From Mobula hypostoma (Eukaryota), in the NCBI RefSeq assembly GCF_963921235.1, contig NC_086108.1:37572001-37636000 (forward strand): a DNA stretch of 64,000 nt, read 5' to 3'. The position numbers and the translations under genes are program-made. Of this stretch, positions 11,950 to 23,692 are shown in pieces (within the stretch, counting starts at the first letter, position 1; every line of letters starts with the position of its first letter). The notes beneath the pieces are model-generated. The model did not search any database. It was given only the letters and a program-made list of their open reading frames with translations, and was not told where the DNA came from.

Positions 11950-14545
11950 GAGAGAAATACCTGGTCAGGTGTTGAGAGACTGTGCAGCCCAGCAACAGAG
12001 GTCTTAATGGACTTCTTTAATATTTCTTTGGAACAATGCACTGTCCCTGCAGCCTTCAAAGGCAACCACTATCATTCCAATGTCCAAGAAAGCAAAGGTA
12101 ACAGGGCTAATGGATTACTGCCCAGTGGCACTGACTTCAACAATCATCAAGTGCTTTGAGCAGCTTTTAATGGATTGTATAAAATCCCCTCTTCCACCTA
12201 CATTGGACCCTTTCCAGTTTGCCTGCCACTCAAACCGGTCCACTAATGATGTCATATTGTCAGCCCTCCACTTTGACCTGTCCTTCCTAGAAATCAATGT
12301 CTTATACGCCAGGATGTTGTTCATCAATTTCACTCATATTTTAATACAGTCATTCCTCAGAGGCAGGTGGGTAAATTGTAATCACTGGGACTCAACACCT
12401 CTTTCTGTAACTAGATCTTGGACTTCTTGACAGAAAGACCCCCATTCAGTCTGAATTGTCAGCAACACCTCAAGCTCGATCACACTGATCACTGGTGCAC
12501 CCCAGGGCTGTGTGCTCAGCCCACTTCTGTTCACACTGCACTGCCAGATCCAGCTCAAACTGTACCATCAAGTTTGCTGATGATTATACGGTAGTTGGTC
12601 TCATCATTAGCAAAGCCTCTAAACCTCCTCTTTGTGTGATGACTCATCATTAACAACGATGAGTTGGCATACAATGAAGAGATATAGAAGCTTGTCAAAT
12701 GATCAAAGAACAACTACTTGAGGCTACGTCCACACTAGACCGGATAATTTTGAAAACGCCGGTTTCGAGTAAAATCAGCAGGCGTCCACACCGCGTTTTT
12801 CAAAATATCTCGGTCCACATTAGAATGGATACTTGGGCAAATCTCCTCCAACTGGGCATGCACGGGACACACAGAAAACAAGCGAAGAGGAAACGGTATA
12901 CTTGGTGTGTGTTTGCCCAGTTACAGACTAGAAAAACTTTAAAGGAATTGCTGTTGGCTCTCGCGCAGGAGGACTTAAAACTAAACAAACGAACACTGGA
13001 GCGTATGGAGGCAACCGACAGGGAGTTCACGGACAGTATGACCCGGCTGACGACGAACATTGAAAAACTGACTAATTCTGTTGCATTAATAAAACACCTT
13101 GTTAAATGGATAAAACATGTCTGCATCAGTGTTATCTTGTATTGCCATACAACATTACATTAGGCTGTTACACATCTATTGTCAGAGAAGTACTTGCATA
13201 AATAGGTAAACCACCTTCATACAAGCAAGGACAGAAAACAAGGCAAAGTGAGTATACATATTTATTCAGTAAGCTATGGGTCAAAGGATTTGGTGAGTAC
13301 ATTTCTAAATCTTCTGGCTTCAGTCTCGTTGCCGTCTGTTCTGAAATTGTTGGGTTGTGTGGGGGGTTGCGTTCAAGAAAACAACGAAATCCGCACTGTC
13401 GCAATCTGTTCTGGCACATCATGACAGCGTTTTAAAATAGTCAAAAAAGCTTACTTTACAATTTAACTCTCACAGCGTTCACACCGACTGCGCGTTATAA
13501 CAGCCGTCCGGCAGTGCTTGCGCAGTACCAAGCAGAAGCAGAATAAGCATTACTGTTGTGGTGTTGTCATGACAGTGTTTTTAAATATCTCTGTTTACCC
13601 TGTCTTCACTACAATGTGCAACAATCGTTTTCAAATTTACACACTCTAGAGAGTGTTTTAGAAAAGCTCCATTTTCGGGGGATGAAAACGATTTCAATGC
13701 GGAGAGAGGGTCAAAACAAAGAGAAAAAGCTTCATTTTCAAAATTATCTGGCATAGTGTGGACGTAGCCTGGGTCTCAATGTGGACTTCAGGAAGGCACA
13801 GGTCAACCACTCTCTATATTGCATATCGATAGCTGCCATGGAGGGAGTGAAGAGCACAAAGTTCCTTGGTGTACATGTAACAGACGATCTAACCTGGACC
13901 CACACCTTCTCACTAGTCAAAAAGACAGGGCAGCGCCTACATTTTCTGGGGAAATTGAGGCTTGCAAGTCTTCCCCACCCCCATTCTAGCAGCTTTCTAC
14001 AGGAGCACCATCTAGTGTCCTGTCTGGCTGCATCATTGTGTGGTATGGAAGCTGTAAGGCATCAGACATTATGACGCTACAGATTACAGCTGAGAGGATC
14101 ATGAGGGTTTCCCATTCCCCCTATTTGAGACATTTACTGGGAGCATTGTATATGAAGAGTCCAAAGCATTGTTGAGGATTTCTTACCACCTATCTCACAA
14201 CCTCTTTGACCCACCAGCAAAAGGAAGGAGGTAGAGAAGCATCAGGACTAGGACTACCAGATAGGGTAACAGCTTCTTCCCTCAGGTTGTGAGACTAATG
14301 AATACCCTCTCACCACTGAAGTCTCATCACTAGGTCAACGAGCTGTTTACTGTTTACCTGTGCTGTGCACTACATGCATTTTGAATTAGTTTTTATTAAT
14401 TTATTTACAGTAATATTTTGATTTATGTGCTGTGTGATACATGGTTTGTGGGTGTACCATGGTCTGGAGGAACCTTGCTTCATTGGGTTGTACGTATGTA
14501 CAGTCAGATAACAATAAAGTTGAACATGAGCTTGACTTGAACTTG
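11950..14545 (+). mobile_element. Rex1/Babar LINE RT and 3' UTR, split by a Harbinger insertion
   Basis: DYCPVALTSTIIKCFEQL, LDPFQFA, GAPQGCVLSP, KFADD, KFLGVHVTDDLTW; tail aataaagttgaac...ttgaacttgaa. Confidence 0.88.
12722..13769 (+). mobile_element. Non-autonomous PIF/Harbinger DNA transposon
   Basis: TIRs GGCTACGTCCACACTA / TAGTGTGGACGTAGCC; flanks TGA/TGG (3-bp TSD with one mismatch); same family as 55027-55748. Confidence 0.85.
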
Positions 14546-14629
14546 AATTATCTTTTGCTGATGGTTCAAAAAAGAGGTACAAGATGACAAGGTACAAAGG
14601 TACAAGATGAACTGCAAGTAAGATGCTGG

Positions 14630-16420
14630 CACATACAAATGGATACAAGATTGGCTTGGTGGTAAGGAGGATTGTTTGGCAGATTAGCGGACTGTGACCA
14701 GTGCTGCACTATAGGGATTGGTGCTGGGACCTCTGATGGTTGTCATAATTCAGATGAGAATGTAGGCGGCATGATTGGGAAGTTTGCAGGTGACGTCAAA
14801 ATTGGTGGTGAGATTCAAAGTTCAAAGGTCATTTTATTATCAAAGTAGGTATACAGTATGCAACTGAGATTTGTCTTTTTGCAGGTAGACACAAAATACC
14901 ATAGAACCCATTTAAAGAAAAACCCCACACAAACAAGACCATCAAACGTGTAAAAAAAAGCAAATCATGTTAACAACAAAAAGTGAACAAATAACACATG
15001 GAACATTAAACATCACACTGCAGATTCCTTAAAAGTGAGTCCATAGCCACGAGCTGCCAAAGCAAATGAAGCCGGTCCAGGAGCACCAAGTCGGTCAGTT
15101 CAGCACTGTGCTGATGGCAGCAGGCCACATCCACAGATCCAGTTCCGCGCTGAAGCACCTCAATCAATTCACTAAAGTGCTCTGGACATTAAACAGCAAA
15201 CCACAGCCGAAAGTGAGTCCACATCGAAGAGCTACTGAGGCAATCACACCTTACAGCATGGGACCGGAGACTCCTGCACCTTGCGCTGGCAGTAGTGAGA
15301 GGGAGACCGGTCAAACGCAGGCAGACAGCACTGAACATCCACTCATTTTCCGCTGCCATCCTCACCCATTTTAATCTTGCTTAATGCTTCAGTCAGTGCA
15401 GAGTAATGGAACCGACCACAGATCTGCATTCTGTTATTAGCGATCGATGCAGTCACCCCTGGGAATGGGTGTCATTGCACTCCATGTCAAATCCCCAGGA
15501 ATTTGCAGCAGCAGAGGGATTCTACTTATTTTAACTTAACTACTAAATACACACATATATACTTACTGTAATTCAGTTTCTTTTCTACATTTATCATGTA
15601 TCACATTGTACTGATGCTGCAAAGTTATATGCCGGTGATATTAAACCTGATACTGAAGTGCCAGGTCGTTTAGTTGGCCAAAAGATTCATTCTTAAAAGG
15701 GAAATTACAGGTTGCAATCGATCACAGTTCAAAAAAAGAAGTATATCTAGAAGGAGGAGAATATGCAGTAGTCTTCTAAGCTGTCTGCAAGATGCCACCA
15801 TTGGTCACTGGCGCCATCTTGCCAGAAGTCCGAACAGTTAGGTGTAACATAAAGGAGATTGTCTAAGATTACAGCAGGATATAAATCAACTGTAAATTTG
15901 ACAAAGGATTGGCAAATGGAATTTAACTCAGACAAGTGGGGTGTGTTGTTGAACAGAGGGACCAAATGGTATATGGTCCCTTCAGAAAAGGTGAGCAGAG
16001 GTAGACATAGGTAGTGAAGAGAACACTTGGCATGCTTCCCTTTATCAGCCAAAGAACTGAATTGGGATATCGTGTTACAGTTGTACAAAATGTTGCTTAG
16101 GCCCTCCTTGGAATATTGTGTTCAAATCTGTCTTCTGTTGCAAAGGAAGGACATGATTAAGCTGTAGTATTTAGAGAAAAGCATCACAAAGACAATTCTC
16201 GGAATGGAAGGTTTGAGCTATCTGGACAGACTGAGGATTTTATGGTGAATTTTTCCACACAGAGCAGTTAGCATCTGGAATGAGTTGACATCTAGAAGAT
16301 ACTTGCATGAATAGGACATGAAGTGGAAATGAAATTAATGGAGACAAGTAGGATTAGTACAGATAGGCAAACTGGTCAGCACAGATGCTGTGAACCAATG
16401 TTTCTCTGCTGTATAACTGT
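14630..16420 (+). mobile_element. Degenerate CR1 RT/3' fragment with a Rex1-related insertion (~14815-15830, minus strand)
   Basis: CR1 remnants (VLGPL, IGKFA, LRPSLEYCVQ) on both sides of an insert with a ttcaaagttcaaag tail. Confidence 0.65.
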
Positions 16421-17514
16421 GAAATCTGACCTCTCTCTCTCTTTCCCTTTCTCCCTGAACTTACCACTGAGTTCAGTGGCAGTTCAGGACCATCCTGAGT
16501 GAGTGTAGCTTTAATCTGCTCAGCCTGTTCATTGGACTCGGATGCCTAGATGGAAAATGCAAGTGGTTTACGCTTTCCTCTGCAATTTTAATAAATGTCT
16601 TTGTTTGGCTTTCAGCTGATGTAAATTTTTAATGCTTTCTTTCTTCAATAAAGTTTAATTCTAATTATTCAAATCAAAATGAATGCTTTTTAAAGATCGC
16701 TAATCTGCATGCAAGATTTGGCAGAACCTTGTGATCCATTGTCAGAGGCTAATTTGCTCCCCATGGATTCTTCTGCATCATGGGACCACTGTGGGAGTGG
16801 CCTTGATTTTGCTTGAACCATTGTGACCACATCAGGTCAAAATGCTCATGAAATATGCATGGGAGGGAAACTTAAGATGAAGACAGGCTGAGCATGATCC
16901 AGCAATAATAGATTTAACAAGGTGAAAATGCATGTTTTATTTTACACCATAGACTTTGTTGTAAGAATAACTTTGAGCATTTGACTGGCAACACATTCCT
17001 TCATAGTGAATTTTACTGAATGAAAAGCAAGAATATAATTTTATTGTTAAATTGCATTATCAAGCACTTCAAATGCATTTTATACATCAGGTTGTATACA
17101 TGATAGCACCCCAACACTGGAATGAATGCTCAGCAATAATTGAGTAATTTGGATCCTTTCAACATTTAATTCAGTCTGTGACCTTTCCTCCCTCTCCCTC
17201 TTCCAGGTTCAGTCTCATACTTGTTCCTTCTAAACCTCCATATTCTTAGTTATATTAATCATTAAATTCTATCCACTGTCTTAGCTGTCCAATCACAAAG
17301 GAATATTTACACAAGACAGGCTGCTCTTAGCTTTGGTGCACCCATTTCCTTCCGCATGTACATTCTGTTAGCTTCCAGTGCAGTTGTCTATAAGGTGACC
17401 ACTGGATTTCTCTCCTGAAGGTGCAGCTATGGCCAAGAAAGACCTACTTCTAGATGTACATTGAGCTCTTGTCATTCAATGGTCCAAGTGGGAGGTCTTA
17501 GAATGCAAAATATC

Positions 17515-17880
17515 AATTCAGAATCAGAAACAGATTTAATATCACTGGCATATGTCATGAAATTTGTTAACTTTGCGGCTGCAGTACAATACAATACAAG
17601 ATAAATATTGAAAGAAAACTGAATTACAGTAAGTATATATATTTATACTAAATAGTTAAATTGAAATAAGAAGTGCAAAAACAGAAATTCTAAAAAAGTA
17701 GTGAGGTAGTGCTCATGGGTTCAATGTTCATTTAGAAATCAGAGGGCAGAGGGAAAGGAGCTGTTCCGTTACCTCCTTCCTGATGGTAACAATGGAAGAA
17801 AGCATGTCCTGGGGTTGGGGTCCTTAATAATGGACGCCTCCTTTCTGAGGCACTTCTCCTTGAAGATGTCTTGAATACTA
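17515..17880 (-). mobile_element. Rex1/Babar 3' fragment
   Basis: cagaatcagaa tail; close similarity to 5623-5740 and 8065-8280. Confidence 0.75.
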
Positions 17881-18294
17881 CTTCATGGATTCTGCTTCAC
17901 ATGGTAAAGAGCTTTACTGACCAATTACTAGGTTTAATTAGGCTGAAGAAACTGCATGAATCTGCAACACACCTAACTCTGGTGTGCGTGTGTGTGTGTG
18001 TTTTAACTAAGGATTTCAATTAGTGTAATCAGCTGATATGTAGGATGAAGAAATAGCTGCAGTATGAGCACAGGAACCCAAGAGATTTGTTACATTGATA
18101 AATTATTCAAAACCTTTTGGTTTCGTGGTCACAGGTTGCACTTCAGTTTCAAAATAAAGTTTCTACATCTATTGTAGTTCCAAAAGCTTCTGAAGTTACT
18201 AATTTGCTTCTGGTGGAGGTTCTGTCACATGCAAGAGAAGGATTTCCAGAATTTAGACCCATTGGCCGAGGAGAAGCATGGATAACTTTAAAAG

Positions 18295-19580
18295 GAATTG
18301 GAATTGGTTTATTATTGTTGCATGTACCAAAATACATGAAACATTTAGTTCTGCATGCCATCTGAATTATTAATATTATCAATATTAATATATTGAGATA
18401 GTACAAGGGAAGGACAATAACCTAATGCAGAATATGTTACAGTTATAAAGTGCACTGCAGGTAGACAACAAGATACGAGGATAATGGTGAAGTAGACTGC
18501 GAGGTCAAGAGTTCATCTTAACATACAAGAGGCCCATTCGAGAGTCTTATAACAGTGAAATAGAAGCTGCTATTGCAACCCAGTGGTGGCACCCCCATGC
18601 CTCTTCTGCCTTTATCTACCTTTTTGGTTGAGATCACAGGGTTGGAAGGTAGTCAAAGCAGTCTATACATGCCATTTCATTGCATTGTGAATATGGTATA
18701 TGCTGTGCTGTGATAGTGCAAGGAGTGAATTTTCAGTAAGGTTAAAGTAATACCAATCTAATGGGTTGTTTTATCCTGTAAGGTGTCAACCATGCTGTAG
18801 CAACACACATCCAAGCAGGTAGAAAGTATTGCATCCCAATTTGTACCTGGTAGCCATTGGAAAAGCTTCAAGGTGAGATGAAATGAGTCCCACAGGGTAC
18901 CCAGTTTCTGACCTGCTCTTGTAACCTTGGCATAGGTTTGGTTGATCCACTTGAGTCTCTGGTAAATGGTGACCTCCAAGATGTTGGTCTCAGAGATGGC
19001 AATGCCACTGAATGTCACAAAATGGATAGACAGGTTTTTCTTTTGCTATTGGAGATGATCATTCCCTGGTACATCTGTGGCAGCATTGCTACTTGTTCTT
19101 TATCGGCCATACTTGAATTTTATCAAGTATTGTTGTATGCATACATGAACTACTTAAGTTGATAAGTAATTGTGACTGAATTTAAAAGCAAACATTGCTA
19201 CTTATAACTTGATGACTGAAAGAATTTTAATGATGAAGTTGCTGAAGCTTGCTTGATCTGGGCAATTGTCCTGAGGAAATACTGCAATGATATGTGGACT
19301 TGGGATGATTGACTTCCAATTTCCTTGTCTGCAGAATAACTTCAAGTACTGAAGTATTTTCAACTTAATTTCCATAACTTCAGTGTTATCAGAGCTCATG
19401 GATACTATATTCAGTCAAATGATTCTCGGATGTCATTGAAGGTTACTCCTGGAATTCAGCTCTTTGGCCAACAATGACACCAGGAACAAAGTGGTTCAGG
19501 AAAAGCATACACTGAACTCTGGTGAGCAGTCATGATAAGTTAGAACTGCATAAGAGCAATGTCAATAACACTACTTGTTA
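18295..19580 (-). mobile_element. Old LINE remnants: a 3' end with (CCAATT)n tail and an L2/Crack-like RT fragment
   Basis: ORF 18758-19018 (ILEVTIYQRLKW...TRAGQKLG...DTLQDK) resembles L2/Crack-clade RT thumb; VFPQD resembles GVPQG. Confidence 0.55.
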
Positions 19581-20658
19581 TCGGACAAAGGAGTTTGCAG
19601 AATCCTCTCAATAAACGATGGAGGTACGAGTATCCTCCCTCCTGAATCTGTTTGCACTCTTCTGATTCTATCTGATCAGAAGACTATTCTGAAATCTTAG
19701 AGGTCTAGACAGACAAAAAAAAATACATCAGGATGCTCGAGAAGCACCACCAGCTGAAGGACAGAATGACTCTAAGGGTTTTCAGACCTTGATAAATTTA
19801 GGCCCCTTTATATTCAAAGAGGTCTCCAATCTTGATTTGTCTACCATTTTGCAGTGGATACCAACATGATGAAGCTTATAGCCATAAAAATGTAAATCCT
19901 GGAAAATATTCTTAGATGTCTCAAACCAATCTACTGATTACATTTTAAAGTGTGACTTTACAGCAGATTGGCAACTATCACAGAGTCATCTGACTTCAAG
20001 AAAACATGCTGCTAACATTAATGCAGAAGTAGAGTAGTCCATGCTAAGGACCTCAGAGAACCATATTGGTTTCTAAATGTAGCCTTGAAAATTCCTACAA
20101 GGTTAGGATAATTAATTTCAACTGATGATGAAGGGTTTTCAATATCCATCTGTGTTACAGGATGGATGATCTTACTTATTCCTGAAAATTAATAGGGTTC
20201 ATGACATTAATTGTCTGATAGCGACGTATTTATGAATTATAAATTACTTAAGCAAGGATTTGTAACCAAATCTTGTGCTAATGATCAGAAAGTTTAAATA
20301 TGTTGCATTCCCGGCCTGCTGTTCAGGCAGAGCTGACCCAGCTCAAGTGTTCAAGTCTGTAAATGTATATCCCTTTTACATGGCAAACCTCAAAGTTCTC
20401 CATAATGTTATATAATTCCAAAAAAAAATTAATTCAGAATAGATGCACCTTATCAACAATGGTAGTTTTAAGAAGATTTTTTAAAGATAAATTGGTGCAT
20501 CCACAACTATTTTTTTTTATCTTCAAAATCTCAAAAATCCTCTTTTAAATGCACAAATTAAACCACCTCCTCGTATGTATTCCTACAGAACACAAATGTA
20601 ATTAATGCTTTACACTTTTAATTAGGCTTATTATCTAAAATTACCATTATTTTAAGGT

Positions 20659-20851
20659 AAGGTTCCCGAGTTCGAATCCAAGTCCACGCTTTTCATTCCT
20701 GCTGGGTTGAGTGTTGAGCTAGCCACTCGCCCTCGTAAAATAATACGAGGGTCGAGTCAGGAACGTTCATAATGTGACCTGGTTAATCCTGACACCACAT
20801 GCCAGACAAGAATGGCTGAATGTCTGGTATGATACGCTTAAAGAAAGATAA
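20659..20851 (+). mobile_element. 5'-truncated tRNA-derived SINE
   Basis: Pol III B-box GAGTTCGAATCC at ~20668; A-rich tail; 10-bp TSD ATTTTAAGGT at 20649-20658 and 20852-20861. Confidence 0.7.
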
Positions 20852-21679
20852 ATTTTAAGGTCATTCTTAATGTATTAGTTCTATGCTCACTACATAAATC
20901 AATAATCCTAACCTTAGTAGACATTCAGATACACCGATTAGCTTATTATTTATGGAAGAGCTTAATGGCCCAAAAATTTAGTCACGTAGTACAACTTTTA
21001 TTTGCAATTCTGAAAGAGCAAAATTGATCACCAAGTAGGATCATCATTTCCATAAGCAAAGTACATGATGTGAAATTTAATCATTGGCTCTGTGCACAAA
21101 CACATCTGTGCACAGAAACCATTAGGGTCAAAGCATTGCTATTAATTTGCATGTAATGCACATTTAGTGTCGTCAGTGCTCCATAATAAAATGCAGATAT
21201 GTGATGAAGTAACAATACAAACTTAAATGGAAAACCATGCCTGCATAAGAGGGAAACGGCTTGGCTAACCGCCTGGAAAAATGGTAATATTTACCTGATT
21301 TTTCTTGAGAAATTTTACCATTAAATATTACGGAACCTTTTCTAATGAATAACATGCCACTAGCATTCCAGGAAAAACCTTTTGATTTCTATTAGGGTTG
21401 GGAAGGACTGTTCAGTGTAGTGCCTGACTGATTCTCTCTTCTCCTATCACTAATGTTACAATGTTTAAACATCCATCACAGAAGGAATGTGCCTGTCTCT
21501 GAGTCCATTCCTCCACTCCAGGAGAAAGTCTTAACAGCTGCCATCTTGAAGAGTATGTTGGTGCATATTGTGTGCCCCCAGAAACTGGGCTCAATAATTA
21601 TGTATGAAGGTAATATGGGCTCCGAGTTCACACCACCTCCACCCATGGCTCTTTGTTATGTTTAGTAACTCCAGAAACT

Positions 21680-21969
21680 GCAACTCAGTTTTATCTCTGG
21701 CTGCTGTTTCCATCCACACAGTGATTTCAATTGTACTTTTAAATGTGAGTTGTGTTTCAGTTAGGAGCTGTTTTTGAATGCTTTCTTGCAAGATTCCATA
21801 CCTTCCATTTCTTTAGTGTGGCGCTTGCTTATGACATGGTGACATAATGACATATGACATTCACATACTTTTACATATAACCCAGTAAATAATTATTTAA
21901 ACAAAGAATGCCTAATCAAACAATATATTTACAATAATACTGAAATATTAAATACACTCTACTCTTCAC
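21680..21969 (-). mobile_element. Gypsy LTR-retrotransposon remnant (gag fragment and LTR-like piece)
   Basis: QESIQKQLLTETQLTFKSTIEITVWMETAARD is typical of fish Gypsy gag; the adjacent segment begins TG on the minus strand at 21969. Confidence 0.6.
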
Positions 21970-23692
21970 ATATCAGATGATAAAATACACCCACCCATGG
22001 TCTAAGAAGAGAGCAGCATTTAACCTGTTTTTATTAGAAAAAGACTGCCATTTAATGTTGCTAAAATGATTGCCAGGCAACCCATTATGTTAGGTTCTGG
22101 GCCACAGTTTTACCTCCCTTGTACTTAGGTGATAAACAAAAAGCCTTAATCAGAATATACATGCACAGTAGCTTAATCGCTGAGACTAGCAGCGAGGGAA
22201 ATAATGAATCTAGACTTCCAGACTGCAATGTGGTTCTCAGCAAAACATCTTCAGCTGGGCACTAATGTTGTTTCAGAGTAATTTTGTTTAGTGAATTATT
22301 GTACATCATGAAATCTGTTATGCATAACAACCAGCTGGCATTGCTAATTGAAATTTTTTTTATTGAAGCATGCTATTCTTGAGACTGAAATTGTATTTGG
22401 AGTATAACTAAAATCATGCATTTAGAGAAGATTATTCCTCATATTAAGGAAGGTGGTAAAGCAAGTCATAGCTAACCACTTGAGGTAACTTTGGGCAGAG
22501 CCAGTTAAGAGAAATGGTCTGTTTGGAACAAATAAATTATACAGAAATGTTATGCTGTAATGGTAAAACTATCTTTGTTCTGGGTCTATTCAGGCCCCAG
22601 ACTGGCTATAACTAGATTGAGGCCCACCATTGGTCAAGGTCAACCACCGTTGTTGCATCCCAGCTGTCTATCTGATACATAAGCCAGGGCAGTACGATAT
22701 GGAGAGCAAGATGTTGCCCAAGTATCAAGCTCCCACTTTCCACGAGCTGATGAATCCAAAAGGAATGGCAGAGACTGATACAGCATAGAATCAGCGGCAT
22801 TGTAGGAGTTGCTAGTCAGCATGGAAGTCAACATAGGCCTGCCTCAGGCAACGTTAGCTGAACTAATACATAAAATAAAGCCTTCTGTGGTCTAAAATGG
22901 GTAAAGTTGGCAAATCTCAGTCAGAAGAGATGACAATCTAAAAATACTTGCCATTTTTACCGCTTGTCTCATCCAATAATTTGTTGCCCTGCTATCTGTT
23001 ATTGTATAATTAACTATAATAGATTGTCTGTCTGCTCAATAAAGTTGTAGCCAATATTCATCTACAGATGTTTGCAGGTAATTCATTTTAAAATCTAATG
23101 TAACAAAGCACAATTTCACTCTGTATTTCCATACCTATTAGAATTTCTAGCCCAATTATTCTTGTTAACAGTATTGTCAGACAGTAAGAATTAGTTATCA
23201 TCTTGAGTTACTTGTTAATACATCCAATACTCTTGGCATAAACACCAGTGTTATTTGATCTTAGTAACAAAAATATTTCAGCAATTTGTTCTTCTGATTT
23301 ACATCAGCCTTGTATACAGGCCCAGCAGGATTTGAAAATTACTGAATCGTTTTTAAGCTAAAGAGAAAATATACTATATAAGCTGATCACTGAGTACTCT
23401 CTATACTGAATAAACATTTTGTTTTTGCAAATGCATTGGTCCTTCCATGACTTAATCTTCTTTTGCTAGCTTGAACTAACCTTCATGGCTTGTCTGCTTC
23501 TGTTAAAGTTAATTACCCTTCTGGCACACCGTCCAATATGTGGATGTTGTTGGTCAAACCAGATGTTTGCGGTCATATAAAGCCAGGTGTAACAACATAG
23601 AGATAGGACAAATCACAGTGTGAAAAGATATTTTACCCATCTGAATGATTTGCTCCACATTGGTATTCTCATCCCAGGAAATGTGAGAAGTG

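Noticed and set aside
21285-21315. 9-nt candidate KCNT2 microexon (AAG|AAAAATCAG|GTAAAT on the minus strand)
   Set aside because: Weak acceptor and no homology support; cannot be told from chance.
22585-22860. Possible RTE-type 5' UTR or ribozyme (gctgatgaatccaaaagg...)
   Set aside because: Looks repeat-derived, but I cannot complete a hammerhead core (no suitably placed GAAA or stems) or assign a family.
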